From the IMG/VR virus record IMGVR_UViG_3300046519_000252: 64,000 bases of DNA. One strand, given 5' to 3'. Both the position numbers and the translations under genes were made by a program. Origin of the DNA: an uncultured virus (IMG/VR IMGVR_UViG_3300046519_000252). Taxonomy: Duplodnaviria > Heunggongvirae > Uroviricota > Caudoviricetes. Of this stretch, positions 1 to 9,315 are shown piece after piece. The notes below the pieces were generated by a model. The model saw only the letters and a list, made by a program, of their open reading frames with translations, searched no databases and was not told the origin of the DNA. Within the stretch, counting starts at the first letter, position 1, and each line of letters starts with the position of its first letter.

Positions 1-376
1 CGACGAGGCGCTGAAGTTCCTCAGCGCCGCCACCACGAGCAAGCCCGGCGACGGCCGCAGGCTGCGCCCCTCGCGCGTCGTCGATATGGGCTGGCACGCC
101 CTCATCCTGCACACCGAGCTGTACATGACGCTCTGCCACAAGATCGGGCGCTACATCCACCACCGCCCCGAGGGCCCCGAGACGCTGCGTCGTGAGGCCA
201 CCACCCTCGACATCACCCAGGCCGCGATCCGCGAGGCCGGATACGAGCCCGTCGAATACTTCTGGGGCACCAAGGGCGACACCGAGATCAAGGGTGGCGA
301 CTGCCAACACACCGAGTGCCACCAGGACCCCGGCTGCACCGCGCCTCCCGTGGCCCAGATCGCCGTCGGCGGCTAG
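1..376 (+). CDS. Glycine-rich-domain (GRDP-like) protein, 5'-truncated by window edge
   Basis: Frame is open from the window start: EALKFL...PSRVVDMGWHALILHTELY...YIHH matches the PS..VD.GWH..ILHT..Y..HH pattern; Cys-rich tail. Confidence 0.55.
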   Translation, partial: DEALKFLSAATTSKPGDGRRLRPSRVVDMGWHALILHTELYMTLCHKIGRYIHHRPEGPETLRREATTLDITQAAIREAGYEPVEYFWGTKGDTEIKGGDCQHTECHQDPGCTAPPVAQIAVGG

Positions 377-429
377 TCACGCCGCGTGGGAACAACGGTA
401 CAGTGAGTCACGGTTCCTAGGAGGGGTAC

Positions 430-630
430 ATGAGTGAGACCAGGTGGGTTGATCCCCGGTACGCCGAACTGGTGGACATGTTCGACAAGCTGGTTGCCCG
501 TCGCCGCCGTCAGGGACCGGTGATGCGATGCCGCGCCTGCACTCACGGCCTCGGGGCCATAGTGATGGTCGACCTCGCAACCAAGAAGCCGATCACCCCG
601 ATTCGCTGTGCCCGCTGTTCATCCCTGTAG
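430..630 (+). CDS. Small hypothetical protein with two CxxC pairs (possible Zn ribbon)
   Basis: GGAGG RBS; CRAC...CARC; followed by a terminator hairpin. Confidence 0.55.
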   Translation: MSETRWVDPRYAELVDMFDKLVARRRRQGPVMRCRACTHGLGAIVMVDLATKKPITPIRCARCSSL

Positions 631-652
631 GTGGCCTTACGCCCTCTACATC

Positions 653-693
653 AAAAAGACCCCTCCCGCCGGATGGTCGGGAGGGGTCTTTTT
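653..693. terminator. Bidirectional intrinsic terminator
   Basis: AAAAAGACCCCTCCCG-loop-CGGGAGGGGTCTTTTT between convergent genes. Confidence 0.8.
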
Positions 694-883
694 GTCACAC
701 GCCCGCAGGCGTCGGGGAGAACAGACGGCAGTTCAGGCAGAGCCGTCCTTCCACCCAACACTCAGGTATACAGGGCCCGTTGTGCTTGCTTGGCGGCTTG
801 GTGGTGTAGGCCTTGGTGTTGGTCGAGCGGCAGTTACGACACTGGTGTGGGGTGGCGGGAGTACTCATGACAGGTAGTTTCCC

Positions 884-1618
884 CTATGACGTGGGTGGCA
901 GGAACTGGATAATGTCGATGTCCTGGGGGAGGAACTCGGCGTTGTCGGGGAACCGTTCGCGCCACTTTGGCGGGATAGTCCCCTGGCACCACAGGTTGTT
1001 CGTGGTGACCGTGCGGCCGTCGAAAAACGTGATGCACCAGCGCCGCCCGCCAAAGCCCTTGAAGCCGTGAGACGACGTGTCGAGGCTGATGATGTAGTGC
1101 GTGTGGTCCACGACAACCCGCTGCGTCGGATCATCACCGTCGCGCACCCCGCCGGGTCCCCAGAACCAGTCGGCATGGTCCTCAGAGTCTTCGATCTGTA
1201 CGAGGGTTTGTCCATTCGGCGGCAAAGTGGCGGTGATCAGGTGGTTTGTGTTGGTTCCGTCTGCGTTTCCCTGGCTGTACATGCACCGGGCGACCGCTGT
1301 GCCGTCATCGTGATGGGTGAACAGGGGAGCCCCGCGTGAGCTGCCGTGACGCCCTTGGGGCATACGGTCTATGGTTTTCTGGACGGCTTTCCAGAGGGTG
1401 TCTTCCTCCTGCTTCTTGCTGGCGACGAACTCCAGGGTCTGGGTGCCGAGTTCTGTCATGGCGCCTTGGTTGGGGCCGGTGAGTTCCACAAGGCCTTGTG
1501 CTGCGAGGGTAGTCAGGGCTTTCTGCTCGGATGCGTTGTAGGCCGTGATCTTCCCGTGGCTGCGCTGGGCTACTTCTAGCTTCCAGCGTTCATCATGGGT
1601 GAGGTTGATGATGGTCAT
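884..1618 (-). CDS. Hypothetical phage protein
   Basis: ATG at 1618 after a GGGGGA RBS and the promoter motif at 1645-1655; C-terminal FFDGRTVTTNNLWCQGTIP...PDNAEF segment. Confidence 0.7.
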   Translation of the reverse strand: MTIINLTHDERWKLEVAQRSHGKITAYNASEQKALTTLAAQGLVELTGPNQGAMTELGTQTLEFVASKKQEEDTLWKAVQKTIDRMPQGRHGSSRGAPLFTHHDDGTAVARCMYSQGNADGTNTNHLITATLPPNGQTLVQIEDSEDHADWFWGPGGVRDGDDPTQRVVVDHTHYIISLDTSSHGFKGFGGRRWCITFFDGRTVTTNNLWCQGTIPPKWRERFPDNAEFLPQDIDIIQFLPPTS

Positions 1619-1644
1619 GTAGTCCCCCAAGATTACAGATGATG

Positions 1645-1678
1645 TATCTACCCTAACACTAAGGGGGAGGGCCGTCAA
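1645..1678 (-). promoter_or_regulatory. Phage promoter/operator motif, clearest copy
   Basis: Minus strand reads TTGACG-N17-TAGGGT-AGATACA. Confidence 0.8.
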
Positions 1679-1704
1679 ACCCTCCCCCTAGCTCTGACCT
1701 GGGA

Positions 1705-1965
1705 TTAGTCCTCCAGGCCCGTCGCCCACGCGAACAGGGTGGCGAGGTTGACGGCGGCGACCGGCTCCCCGTCTTTCTTGAGGATGACGTGCTGTTCCAC
1801 GGTGACGGAACGGGTCGCGTCGGCGGGCCAGAATCCCGCGTTGTCGAACGAGGTGCCGTGGGTGAGGGCCGTGACCTCCTGCTCATCCGGCTCGTGCCAG
1901 TCGGGGCGGACGCCAAGGGTGTTGGCGAGGGCAACCAGCTGGGCCTTTGTGGTGATGCGCTGCAT
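1705..1965 (-). CDS. Hypothetical protein
   Basis: GAGGAG RBS; motif copy at 1991-2001 upstream. Confidence 0.7.
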   Translation of the reverse strand: MQRITTKAQLVALANTLGVRPDWHEPDEQEVTALTHGTSFDNAGFWPADATRSVTVEQHVILKKDGEPVAAVNLATLFAWATGLED

Positions 1966-2006
1966 GGGAATCTCCTCGGTGGTGGGTATATATCTACCCT
2001 AGCACA

Positions 2007-2201
2007 TCAGTCGGGGACACGTCGAGACGCCGCCAACAACCAGATACGCACATCCCCCAACTGCGCCGCTGTCATCCGGTCATCCTTCAACACGCCCCGC
2101 TCCTCCAGACGCTCGGCCACCTCCCGGACATTCTCCTCAGCCGTCCGCAACAGAGCGGCCAGCGGGAAACTCCCCAACGGGACAGCAGGCTCCTCGGCCA
2201 T
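2007..2201 (-). CDS. Hypothetical protein
   Basis: GGAGG RBS before ATG 2201. Confidence 0.5.
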   Translation of the reverse strand: MAEEPAVPLGSFPLAALLRTAEENVREVAERLEERGVLKDDRMTAAQLGDVRIWLLAASRRVPD

Positions 2202-2371
2202 GCGACACCTCCAGTCGATATGGCCCACACGCTAGGGGACCCCACTGACAAATGCCGTCCACTGCCGCGTCCGGGTACAAAAATCCACCCCTGACGGCCG
2301 TCAACGTCCTCGCGAGACTCGGGCTGTCAGGGGTGGATCTGGGCAATCGTCTTACACCAGGGGCGAGCCTA

Positions 2372-2644
2372 TCAGGCCCTCCCGTCGATCTGAACGAAGG
2401 CCGTCTCACCGTTGACGGTGAACTCGTAGGGGAGGTAATCGCTCTCGGTCATCTCCCGGCGCTGGATCCTTACAGCGTGAACCGTGGGCGGCTTCACTCC
2501 GTCCCAGGCCAGCAGTTCCCGGGTGAGGTCACTGTCTCCGGCGTAGTAGTCGCCTTCCCACATCTTGGCGTAGTCGCGGAGGGTTCCGGCGACGAGGAGC
2601 CCGTCTCGAATCCACGCGTAGCGCTTCGGTTCGGTGTCGCTCAC
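2372..2644 (-). CDS. Hypothetical protein
   Basis: GGAG RBS, GTG start, protein-like composition. Confidence 0.6.
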   Translation of the reverse strand: MSDTEPKRYAWIRDGLLVAGTLRDYAKMWEGDYYAGDSDLTRELLAWDGVKPPTVHAVRIQRREMTESDYLPYEFTVNGETAFVQIDGRA

Positions 2645-2777
2645 TTGCCGTCTCCGCTCTCAATGTCCCGGTCAAGGTAGGGGTCGTGGCCCATGGGCAG
2701 GTAGCCGTTCTGGTGGCGCCAACTGGCCAGAGTGTCCGGGTGTTCGGCGAACCATTGTTCCCAGATTTCGTCGAAGG

Positions 2778-3161
2778 TCATGCGTCGTCTCCTTCATCGG
2801 TGGGCCGGTAGGGCGGGAAGAGGGCTCCTCCGTCGTCTTCCCAGACGCGGACAGGCAGCTTCATGCGTTCCCTCCGCCGGTACTCTTTGGCCCGCTTTCT
2901 CTGGCGATCCTGTTCCTTGCGCAGGAGCTGCCCGGGTGGGGGTTCCCCGGTTTTGGAACGCCGTCTGCGGGCTGTGCGGGGTTCTGCGAGGTTGTCCTTG
3001 CGGCGCTTCTTGAGCCGGTCGTAGGTGTGCCACCAACCGCAGACGCACTTGTAGGATTTGAACAGGGTTCCAAGGTGTTCGCCCTGGTTGGTGGCCGTGA
3101 TGTCGGCCCATTCCTTGTTGAAGTGCTTCAGTTTGCCGGTGGGGCAGTGTCTGCGCTTCAT
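2778..3161 (-). CDS. Basic hypothetical protein with YKCVCGWWH motif
   Basis: ATGA overlap with upstream ORF; Cys/His motif. Confidence 0.55.
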   Translation of the reverse strand: MKRRHCPTGKLKHFNKEWADITATNQGEHLGTLFKSYKCVCGWWHTYDRLKKRRKDNLAEPRTARRRRSKTGEPPPGQLLRKEQDRQRKRAKEYRRRERMKLPVRVWEDDGGALFPPYRPTDEGDDA

Positions 3162-3526
3162 GGATTAGTCGTTGGGAGTCCGTTGCAGGGTCCGGAGCCG
3201 GGTGTGCCGCAGGCGTGATCAGGGCGGGTGCACTTCTGGGGGTCGTTGCGGTGGATGATGGCTTCAGCTGCGATTAGGGCCAGGTTGTAGTGACCCCCCT
3301 CGTACGCCGCGCAGAAGGCATTTTCGATCAGCGTTGCCAGTTCGGGCACGGTGTAGGTGTCGCTGCCGATCGATGGGTATCCGTCGGTGTCTTGGTAAAC
3401 GACGGCCATGCTGACGGTCGGTTCAGGGCGTGCGGATTCTGGGGCGAGGTCACAGTCTCCCCAGGTGTAGGTGTGCTGTTCGGAGCAGGTACGTTTGCAG
3501 CCGCGTTCATACCAGTCGGTGGGCAT
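3158..3526 (-). CDS. Cys-rich hypothetical protein
   Basis: GGAGG RBS; motif copy at 3556-3566. Confidence 0.65.
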   Translation of the reverse strand: MPTDWYERGCKRTCSEQHTYTWGDCDLAPESARPEPTVSMAVVYQDTDGYPSIGSDTYTVPELATLIENAFCAAYEGGHYNLALIAAEAIIHRNDPQKCTRPDHACGTPGSGPCNGLPTTNP

Positions 3527-3703
3527 AATCCCTCCAAGATCAACTCGGCAAGTTATATCTACCCTACCAGAAATTCTGTTGTAAGGGCTAGCAAAAGAGA
3601 CGCCCTAGCCCCTGCCTGAAACAGAGTGGACTAGGGCGTGCGCCGGAAATACGTCCCCGACGAAAAGGGAAGTTAAGTTACTTACAAGTAACTGAGCGGA
3701 ACC

Positions 3704-3940
3704 TTACCGGGACGGCTTCCGCAGCTCGTAGAAGTCATTGCCGAGGCGGATCATGTAGATGGTCCGGTCGTCGTTCTCGATGAGCCGGGCGCTCTTATCG
3801 CCGTCCAGGAGAGCCCAGGCATCGGCGCACTTGGCGGGCTTGGTGGTTCCGGAGGCTGAGTCGTACTTGCGGCAATCGGTGTATGCGTCCCGGATGTTGA
3901 TCACGTACTGGCGCCTGTTGCGGCCAATGGTCGTAGGCAT
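3704..3940 (-). CDS. Hypothetical protein
   Basis: GGAG RBS; variant motif TAGGGTAGAGA at 3977-3987. Confidence 0.6.
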   Translation of the reverse strand: MPTTIGRNRRQYVINIRDAYTDCRKYDSASGTTKPAKCADAWALLDGDKSARLIENDDRTIYMIRLGNDFYELRKPSR

Positions 3941-4039
3941 GGGTACATTCTCCCAGGTCAAAGCGTTCGATTGTTGTCTCTACCCTATCGCAAAGCCCCG
4001 CCGACCTGCAAGATCGACGGGGCTTCTGCTACATATGTC

Positions 4040-4231
4040 TCACACGTTCTCCATGTCGGGCGGAAACTGCTTCTCCCACTCCTCCATGGCACGGGATGCG
4101 GCCTCGTGCTTCGTGCAGAACCCGTCATCACTCTCCGGGTCCGACTCCAGCTCGCACTGTTCCGGAGGGGTATCCGGGTAGCTTCCCCCAACCTGCCAGG
4201 TACAACCCTCTTCTTCCGGTGCAGTCGTCAT
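4040..4231 (-). CDS. Small acidic hypothetical protein
   Basis: ATGA coupling with upstream gene. Confidence 0.5.
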   Translation of the reverse strand: MTTAPEEEGCTWQVGGSYPDTPPEQCELESDPESDDGFCTKHEAASRAMEEWEKQFPPDMENV

Positions 4232-4710
4232 ACGGCGCTCTGACCAGAGGGCCGGGACTGCCCGTCCTGCACGGATACAAAGCCAGCTTCCTCGGCCTCC
4301 TGAAGGTCCCTCTCGAACGCGCGGCCGAGAGTCCACGCGTCGTCGTACTTACCTTCGAACAGCAGCTTCGCGACCTGACCGGCGATGTGGACCTGCGAGA
4401 GGGTCCCGCTGATCCAGTTGAACAGCCAGACGTTACCCGCCTGGTACGTGTGCAGCGGATCCGTCTCATAGCCGCGCATGCAGAAGGTCACGAAGAACTT
4501 TTCCAGCTGGTCCCGCTCGCCCCGGAACGCTTCGATCAAGGAGAGCGACTCCGGGAAGTTCTGGTCTGCGGGCCAGGCAACCATGGAGCCCCCGGCGCTC
4601 ATGCCCATCTTCCAGGAGCCGGAGGTCTTCGCGGTCTTCGGCAGGGTGTCGTAGGGCCACGCGGTGGGGTTCGCGACGTTGGCCGGGATCTGTGGGTTCC
4701 GGTGTGCCAT
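4228..4710 (-). CDS. Hypothetical protein
   Basis: 160-aa ORF with AGGA RBS and high-GC3 codon bias. Confidence 0.65.
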   Translation of the reverse strand: MAHRNPQIPANVANPTAWPYDTLPKTAKTSGSWKMGMSAGGSMVAWPADQNFPESLSLIEAFRGERDQLEKFFVTFCMRGYETDPLHTYQAGNVWLFNWISGTLSQVHIAGQVAKLLFEGKYDDAWTLGRAFERDLQEAEEAGFVSVQDGQSRPSGQSAV

Positions 4711-4798
4711 GCCGTGTCCTGTCTCTTGGGTGGTGGGTTGAAACGCTACCGGTACGGTCTGACATCCAGACCGTACCGGCGGGTTTTACACGAGGGCC

Positions 4799-5344
4799 TC
4801 AGGCGCTCTGTACGGGTGCCGCCAGGGCCTTGCGGACCGCCTCGACGACCGGAGCCCCCGCGATGTCCCCGATGGCCTTGAGAGCGGCATCCTGGGCCTG
4901 CTTGACGGCCTTGGCGACCTCACCGTGCAGCTCCTTGCGGACGGCCTCGGCGATGACCTGATCGATCGACTTGGTGTTGCTGTGGTGAGAGTTCCGGTTG
5001 GGCGTCCAAGCCTTCTGCGCTTCGTCCATGATGACGTCCCGCAGCGTAGTAGGCTCCCCGCTCGACTCACCCCAACTGTTCGTCTTCCGGATCGGGTTCT
5101 GGAGAGCCTCCATGATGATCGGGTCCAGCTTCTCCCGGATCATCTCGGTGCGGATCTCGGTGACCCGGGCCTTGAGGCCGGTGTACTCCGGCGCCCGGAA
5201 CACCGCCTCCGCGATGCGCTTGGCAACCTTGTCACCGACGGTCTCCACCCCGTCCGGGTACGACTCCCCGTCCTCATCGACGGAGATGACGTCCGCGACC
5301 ACGGTTGCAAGGGTGATCTCCGGGACAGTTACTACGATTTCCAC
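4799..5344 (-). CDS. Hypothetical protein
   Basis: 181-aa ORF with AAGGA RBS. Confidence 0.7.
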   Translation of the reverse strand: MEIVVTVPEITLATVVADVISVDEDGESYPDGVETVGDKVAKRIAEAVFRAPEYTGLKARVTEIRTEMIREKLDPIIMEALQNPIRKTNSWGESSGEPTTLRDVIMDEAQKAWTPNRNSHHSNTKSIDQVIAEAVRKELHGEVAKAVKQAQDAALKAIGDIAGAPVVEAVRKALAAPVQSA

Positions 5345-5402
5345 AGTGCTTCCTTTTCAGGATGAGACAGGGGCGGCCGGTTGACCGCCCCTTGAGGGTG
5401 GA

Positions 5403-5816
5403 TCAGGCAGCCAACGCGTACTTCGCGGCCAGCACCGCCTTCGCGGCGGCGTACGAGGCCTTACGCGGCTTGTAGGTGTTCAGCAGGGTCTGCACCTGGA
5501 GGGCAGTGAAGTGATACACGATGTGGGACTTGGCCTCCCGTCGCGCCGGATCCCCTGCCCGCCCCGACAGACGAGCCATACGGCCGCCCTTCCCGTCCAC
5601 GGTGTTCCGGGTGCGCGTGATCTTCGCGGGCTTCATGCCGGTTCGCTTGGCGACACCTCGCAGGGCGATCACCATGCCCTTGGCGGTCTCGGGGTCGATC
5701 TCCGCCGCGATCATGTGCGTCGCGAGTGAACGGCCGCGCTTGAGGGAGGCGTTGAAGCGCGTGGCGGCGGAACGCTGGCGAAGGGTGCGGCGGTTCTGGC
5801 GGGTGTTGGCAAGCAT
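5403..5816 (-). CDS. Highly basic hypothetical protein (possible nucleic-acid binder)
   Basis: R/K-rich; GAGGGAG RBS; motif copy at 5851-5861. Confidence 0.7.
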   Translation of the reverse strand: MLANTRQNRRTLRQRSAATRFNASLKRGRSLATHMIAAEIDPETAKGMVIALRGVAKRTGMKPAKITRTRNTVDGKGGRMARLSGRAGDPARREAKSHIVYHFTALQVQTLLNTYKPRKASYAAAKAVLAAKYALAA

Positions 5817-5900
5817 TTGGGTCTCCCTCGGGTGGTGTCCCTTGCTGATGTATCTACCCTAGCGTACTGCGAGGGTAGATACAAGCGAGACCCCGAGTTT

Positions 5901-6446
5901 CTAGTCCCAAGACCTGTCGTCCCACTGCACCGTGAGATGCAGCCCCCGGTCGTCCCCGTAGCCCTTGATCTCCGTGCGTACCTTCTGACCGATCGGGCAG
6001 ACCTGCCCTCCCGGCAGATTGACGTACACCAGGCGAGCCCCGTTGTTGAGGTCAACGGTCCGGTCGAACGGTTCCCGCAGCCAGCCCGTGATGCTCCGGC
6101 ACCCGGTACGTCCAACAGGCCAGTTCGAGTGCACGTTCCAGGTCCACCCGTGGATGCGGAGTTCGCACACCGCATCGCCCTTACCGATCCGGAGCGTGGC
6201 ATCGGGGGCTGCCGGGCACTCGTACCGGTCGTGCCCGAAGTCGGGACCCTGGGACACCATCACATCCCACGACATACCGCACGCACACGTCACCTGCGGG
6301 TCTTCCTTGAGCACACCCCACAGGAAGTCTTCATGCATCGTGTCGTAGGCGTTGGCCAGGTAGAACCGGGCGTCGTCCCGGCAGCCGGGGGAGGCCCCGG
6401 TCATCGCGGCGTCGATCCAAGTCAGCGGAACATCCTTCTTGTCCAT
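5901..6446 (-). CDS. Hypothetical protein
   Basis: ORF with GGGGTGG RBS-like sequence before ATG 6446; start uncertain. Confidence 0.55.
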   Translation of the reverse strand: MDKKDVPLTWIDAAMTGASPGCRDDARFYLANAYDTMHEDFLWGVLKEDPQVTCACGMSWDVMVSQGPDFGHDRYECPAAPDATLRIGKGDAVCELRIHGWTWNVHSNWPVGRTGCRSITGWLREPFDRTVDLNNGARLVYVNLPGGQVCPIGQKVRTEIKGYGDDRGLHLTVQWDDRSWD

Positions 6447-6624
6447 GCTCACCACCCCATAGTGTTCAGTTTGTTCATGAGATCTGCTGTTTCTTCCGGG
6501 GTCAGACATGCAGGCCACCGGCAGGGATGGGTACAGGGGTGGGGCAGTGTCGTACACCCCCGATGGCAGCCGCACTCTTCCCGCTTGTCCGCTGGTTCAT
6601 CGGTCGGCTGGGTCACAACCCCTC

Positions 6625-6777
6625 CTAAACGTACTTCCAGTTACGGCGGGTGATGATGTGGCCAATGGTTGTCCGGGACACCTTGTACTTATCGGCCAAC
6701 TCCCGCTCCAACACCCCACCTTGGGCGTATTCCTTACGTATCGCCCATACATCCTGCCTGGTGAGCTTTGCGGTCAT
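6625..6777 (-). CDS. Stand-alone HTH protein resembling the C-terminal domain of HNH homing endonucleases
   Basis: AKLT..V..IR..Y..GGVL.RELA..Y.VS..TI..I..R..W; clearly similar to 48665-48818; ATGA-coupled. Confidence 0.7.
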   Translation of the reverse strand: MTAKLTRQDVWAIRKEYAQGGVLERELADKYKVSRTTIGHIITRRNWKYV

Positions 6778-7319
6778 GCCGTCACCACCGTGTAGTTCGG
6801 CCGGAGCCAGAGAACGCTTTCGCAATCCCAGCCGTACATGCTGAGACTCCGGTCTCCCGGGATCCGTGTTGCTGCCTGCCCGTGATCGGTCAGGTAGAGC
6901 GCGGCATACCCGTCGTCGGCCAGCTGTTCCCAGTTGAAGACCGCCCAGAACCCCCCGAGAAAGTCCGGCTCAGCGGCTACCCGGTAGGTCCCGAGGATCG
7001 CCTCCACGTCTGGAAGGCTGTCGATGACCAGGCCCTTGAAGTCAGGGGCTGGGGCGATCTCCAGGAAGCGCGTGTAGTCGTTCTGACCGAAGTCCTCGGA
7101 CTGGTAGTACTCAGTCCACGTGGTGGAGATGATCTCCCCGGTGTAATCCACGTCGGTGATAGTTGCCGTCCACAGCCCCCCGGCCAGGGGCTTGGGATCG
7201 TACGTCGAGTTGATGACGGGCCGAAACTTCTGAGGCTGTGTCAGGGCGAGGTCGTGTTCCATCCCGTGGGCGTAGGCCTGTCGGGGCAGGTCGGCGGCTG
7301 TGATCGTCGGCAGGGTCAC
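6774..7319 (-). CDS. Hypothetical protein
   Basis: 181 aa; GTGA-coupled; KP.GGLWT and YGWDCES segments. Confidence 0.7.
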   Translation of the reverse strand: MTLPTITAADLPRQAYAHGMEHDLALTQPQKFRPVINSTYDPKPLAGGLWTATITDVDYTGEIISTTWTEYYQSEDFGQNDYTRFLEIAPAPDFKGLVIDSLPDVEAILGTYRVAAEPDFLGGFWAVFNWEQLADDGYAALYLTDHGQAATRIPGDRSLSMYGWDCESVLWLRPNYTVVTA

Positions 7320-7540
7320 TTCGAGCCCTTCTCTGCCAGCAGCTCGATCAGCCGGTCCCGGACAATCTCCGCCTGCGCCCTGCTCAGGGACAGGTAACTC
7401 CCTTCACTGCTGTACTCCGGGTCATCCGGGTCGTGCAGGAACAGGGCGTCGTAGTGACGGTTGCCGTGGATGTTCTCGATGTGCACCTCCCCGCTGTAGA
7501 GAGTTACAACGGGAGTGACGGTGGTGGGCTCTGCTGTCAT
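7316..7540 (-). CDS. Hypothetical protein
   Basis: AGGAG RBS; motif copy at 7565-7575. Confidence 0.65.
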   Translation of the reverse strand: MTAEPTTVTPVVTLYSGEVHIENIHGNRHYDALFLHDPDDPEYSSEGSYLSLSRAQAEIVRDRLIELLAEKGSK

Positions 7541-7636
7541 GACCGGCTCCTGGGGTGTGGGATGTATCTACCCTAACAGAAACGCGGGAGGGGTGTCGAG
7601 CCTCAACAGCCCAACACCCCTCCCGCGAACAGGCGC

Positions 7637-8563
7637 TTACAGGATCTCAGGGATCGGCTCACCCAGCGGGTGGACCATCCGAGACAACGGCTTACCCCGC
7701 CGATGTGCGTTCCAGGCCCTCACGATGTACCCGATAGCCCGCACATCCTTGACCCGGATGCCCTGGTCACGGTCGCTGCGAACACGCTCCCGCAACGTCA
7801 GCACCGGACTGCTCTCATCCAGCTTCGCACCCGTCTCGATGGCACCGAAGAACCAGGGAGTGTCCTCCGCGCTGACCTGGTGCAGCAGGAAGTGCGACGT
7901 ACCCAGCACCGACGGGGACAAGGGCTTGAAGGAACGGTGCACCCGCTCCCCGATCTCCGCTGAACGTCGCAGCTCCGGGTACTTCTCCATCGTTTCCGAC
8001 AGCTCACCGAACGAAACAGCCTCGCGGAACGACCGGTCTCCGCGTTCCCACAGAGTCACACGGCGCGCAATAGCAGCGAGAGCCTTGGAGTGCGTCTCAC
8101 CCCGCAAGGTCAGGTTGTCGGTGTGGGTGCGCTTCTTACCCGCATCCATCGTCTCCTGGGTCTTCAGGGGCAGGTTGAAGATGACCAGCATCTTGACGGG
8201 GATACCGGCCCTGACGATGGCCCACAGACGGTGCTGGCCGTTCAGGAGGGTCCCGTCGACAGCGATTTGGATGGCTTCGCCGTTCAGCATCCACCTGCCT
8301 TCCGTCATGTCCCGGGCGTACAGCGCAACGGCGCTTTCGGTGAGCCTGCGGTTGCAGACGTTCTTCTTGAGCCACTCCGCAGCTTGTTCCGGTGTGACGT
8401 CGAGAATCTCCGTCAGGATCTCGGGAACGATCAGGGCCTTCTTCGTCTGGAGGCGGGGTGTGCGGGTGGATCCGGTGGTGGCTGCGGCGCGAGTCGGTGC
8501 GGGAATCTTCTTTGCGGCGCTTTTTTGCGATGCAGCAGAAGCTGTCTTGCGGGTGGATGCCAT
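7637..8563 (-). CDS. ParB/Srx-like (GQHR motif) protein with basic N-terminal tail
   Basis: VTPEQAAEWL..N..NR....V..YARDM..GRW..NGE.I....G.LLNGQHRL.AI; motif copy at 8596-8606. Confidence 0.65.
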   Translation of the reverse strand: MASTRKTASAASQKSAAKKIPAPTRAAATTGSTRTPRLQTKKALIVPEILTEILDVTPEQAAEWLKKNVCNRRLTESAVALYARDMTEGRWMLNGEAIQIAVDGTLLNGQHRLWAIVRAGIPVKMLVIFNLPLKTQETMDAGKKRTHTDNLTLRGETHSKALAAIARRVTLWERGDRSFREAVSFGELSETMEKYPELRRSAEIGERVHRSFKPLSPSVLGTSHFLLHQVSAEDTPWFFGAIETGAKLDESSPVLTLRERVRSDRDQGIRVKDVRAIGYIVRAWNAHRRGKPLSRMVHPLGEPIPEIL

Positions 8564-8676
8564 AGCTGGCGCGCCTTCCTACTGGGGTTGGGATGTATCT
8601 ACCCTAGATCATACGGAGGGACGGGAGCAAGCACCCCCGTTGATTCGGTCGTAAGCCTTCCACGGTGAGGGCGGCT

Positions 8677-8945
8677 TGGTTACCCCGCGAGGGGTAGAGG
8701 CGAAAGTAACCAGGGGGTCTATCGTTAGCCTGCCTAACGTTTTCAAGATCATCTTTTACCAAACGAATAGACGTTACTCGGACGGTACCCCAAAATTACT
8801 CGGCAAAAAGTAACCCAACTACCCTATCTGACCTGCATGTTTAAAGATCATTACCTGGTTACCCCTGATGTATGCCTGCATGCGCGCGCACGTCATGCGC
8901 GCGGAACACAACACGTCCTTATCTGGATTTGGGGTAACCGGGAAA
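8677..8945. repeat. Ori-like non-coding element, copy 1 (GTTAC/GTAAC-rich, locally AT-rich)
   Basis: 8722-8863 aligns without gaps to 47949-48090 (about 85% identity by eye); lies at the point of transcriptional divergence. Confidence 0.75.
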
Positions 8946-9046
8946 CCGGGGGGTTGGGCCAGGATGGGGCGGGCGTCGTGAACATGATCGCAATGTGCTA
9001 GGGTAGATACGTACTGAAGAGGACACCAGCACTCCGAGGAGACCTC

Positions 9047-9235
9047 ATGAACGAGCAGCGCGATCAGACCGCAGACAAGACGGTCATCGACTCGTATCCG
9101 ACCGAAGACGCGGCGTGGGCTCAGGCGCACAAGTTCGCCGCGACGCTCAAGTCCCGTGGCCTGGCAGCCAAGATGGGTGTCACCGTAAAGAAGGCATCCG
9201 GAGTCTGGTTGATCGTCCTGGTCAAGCGAGGCTAG
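9047..9235 (+). CDS. Hypothetical protein
   Basis: Motif 8999-9009; GAGGAG RBS. Confidence 0.7.
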   Translation: MNEQRDQTADKTVIDSYPTEDAAWAQAHKFAATLKSRGLAAKMGVTVKKASGVWLIVLVKRG

Positions 9236-9315
9236 GCCCCCGGGGTTGTATCTACCCCCGAGACCTGCTAGTGTAGAGACATCGCAAACGGACACCGAAA
9301 ACATAGGAGACCGTC

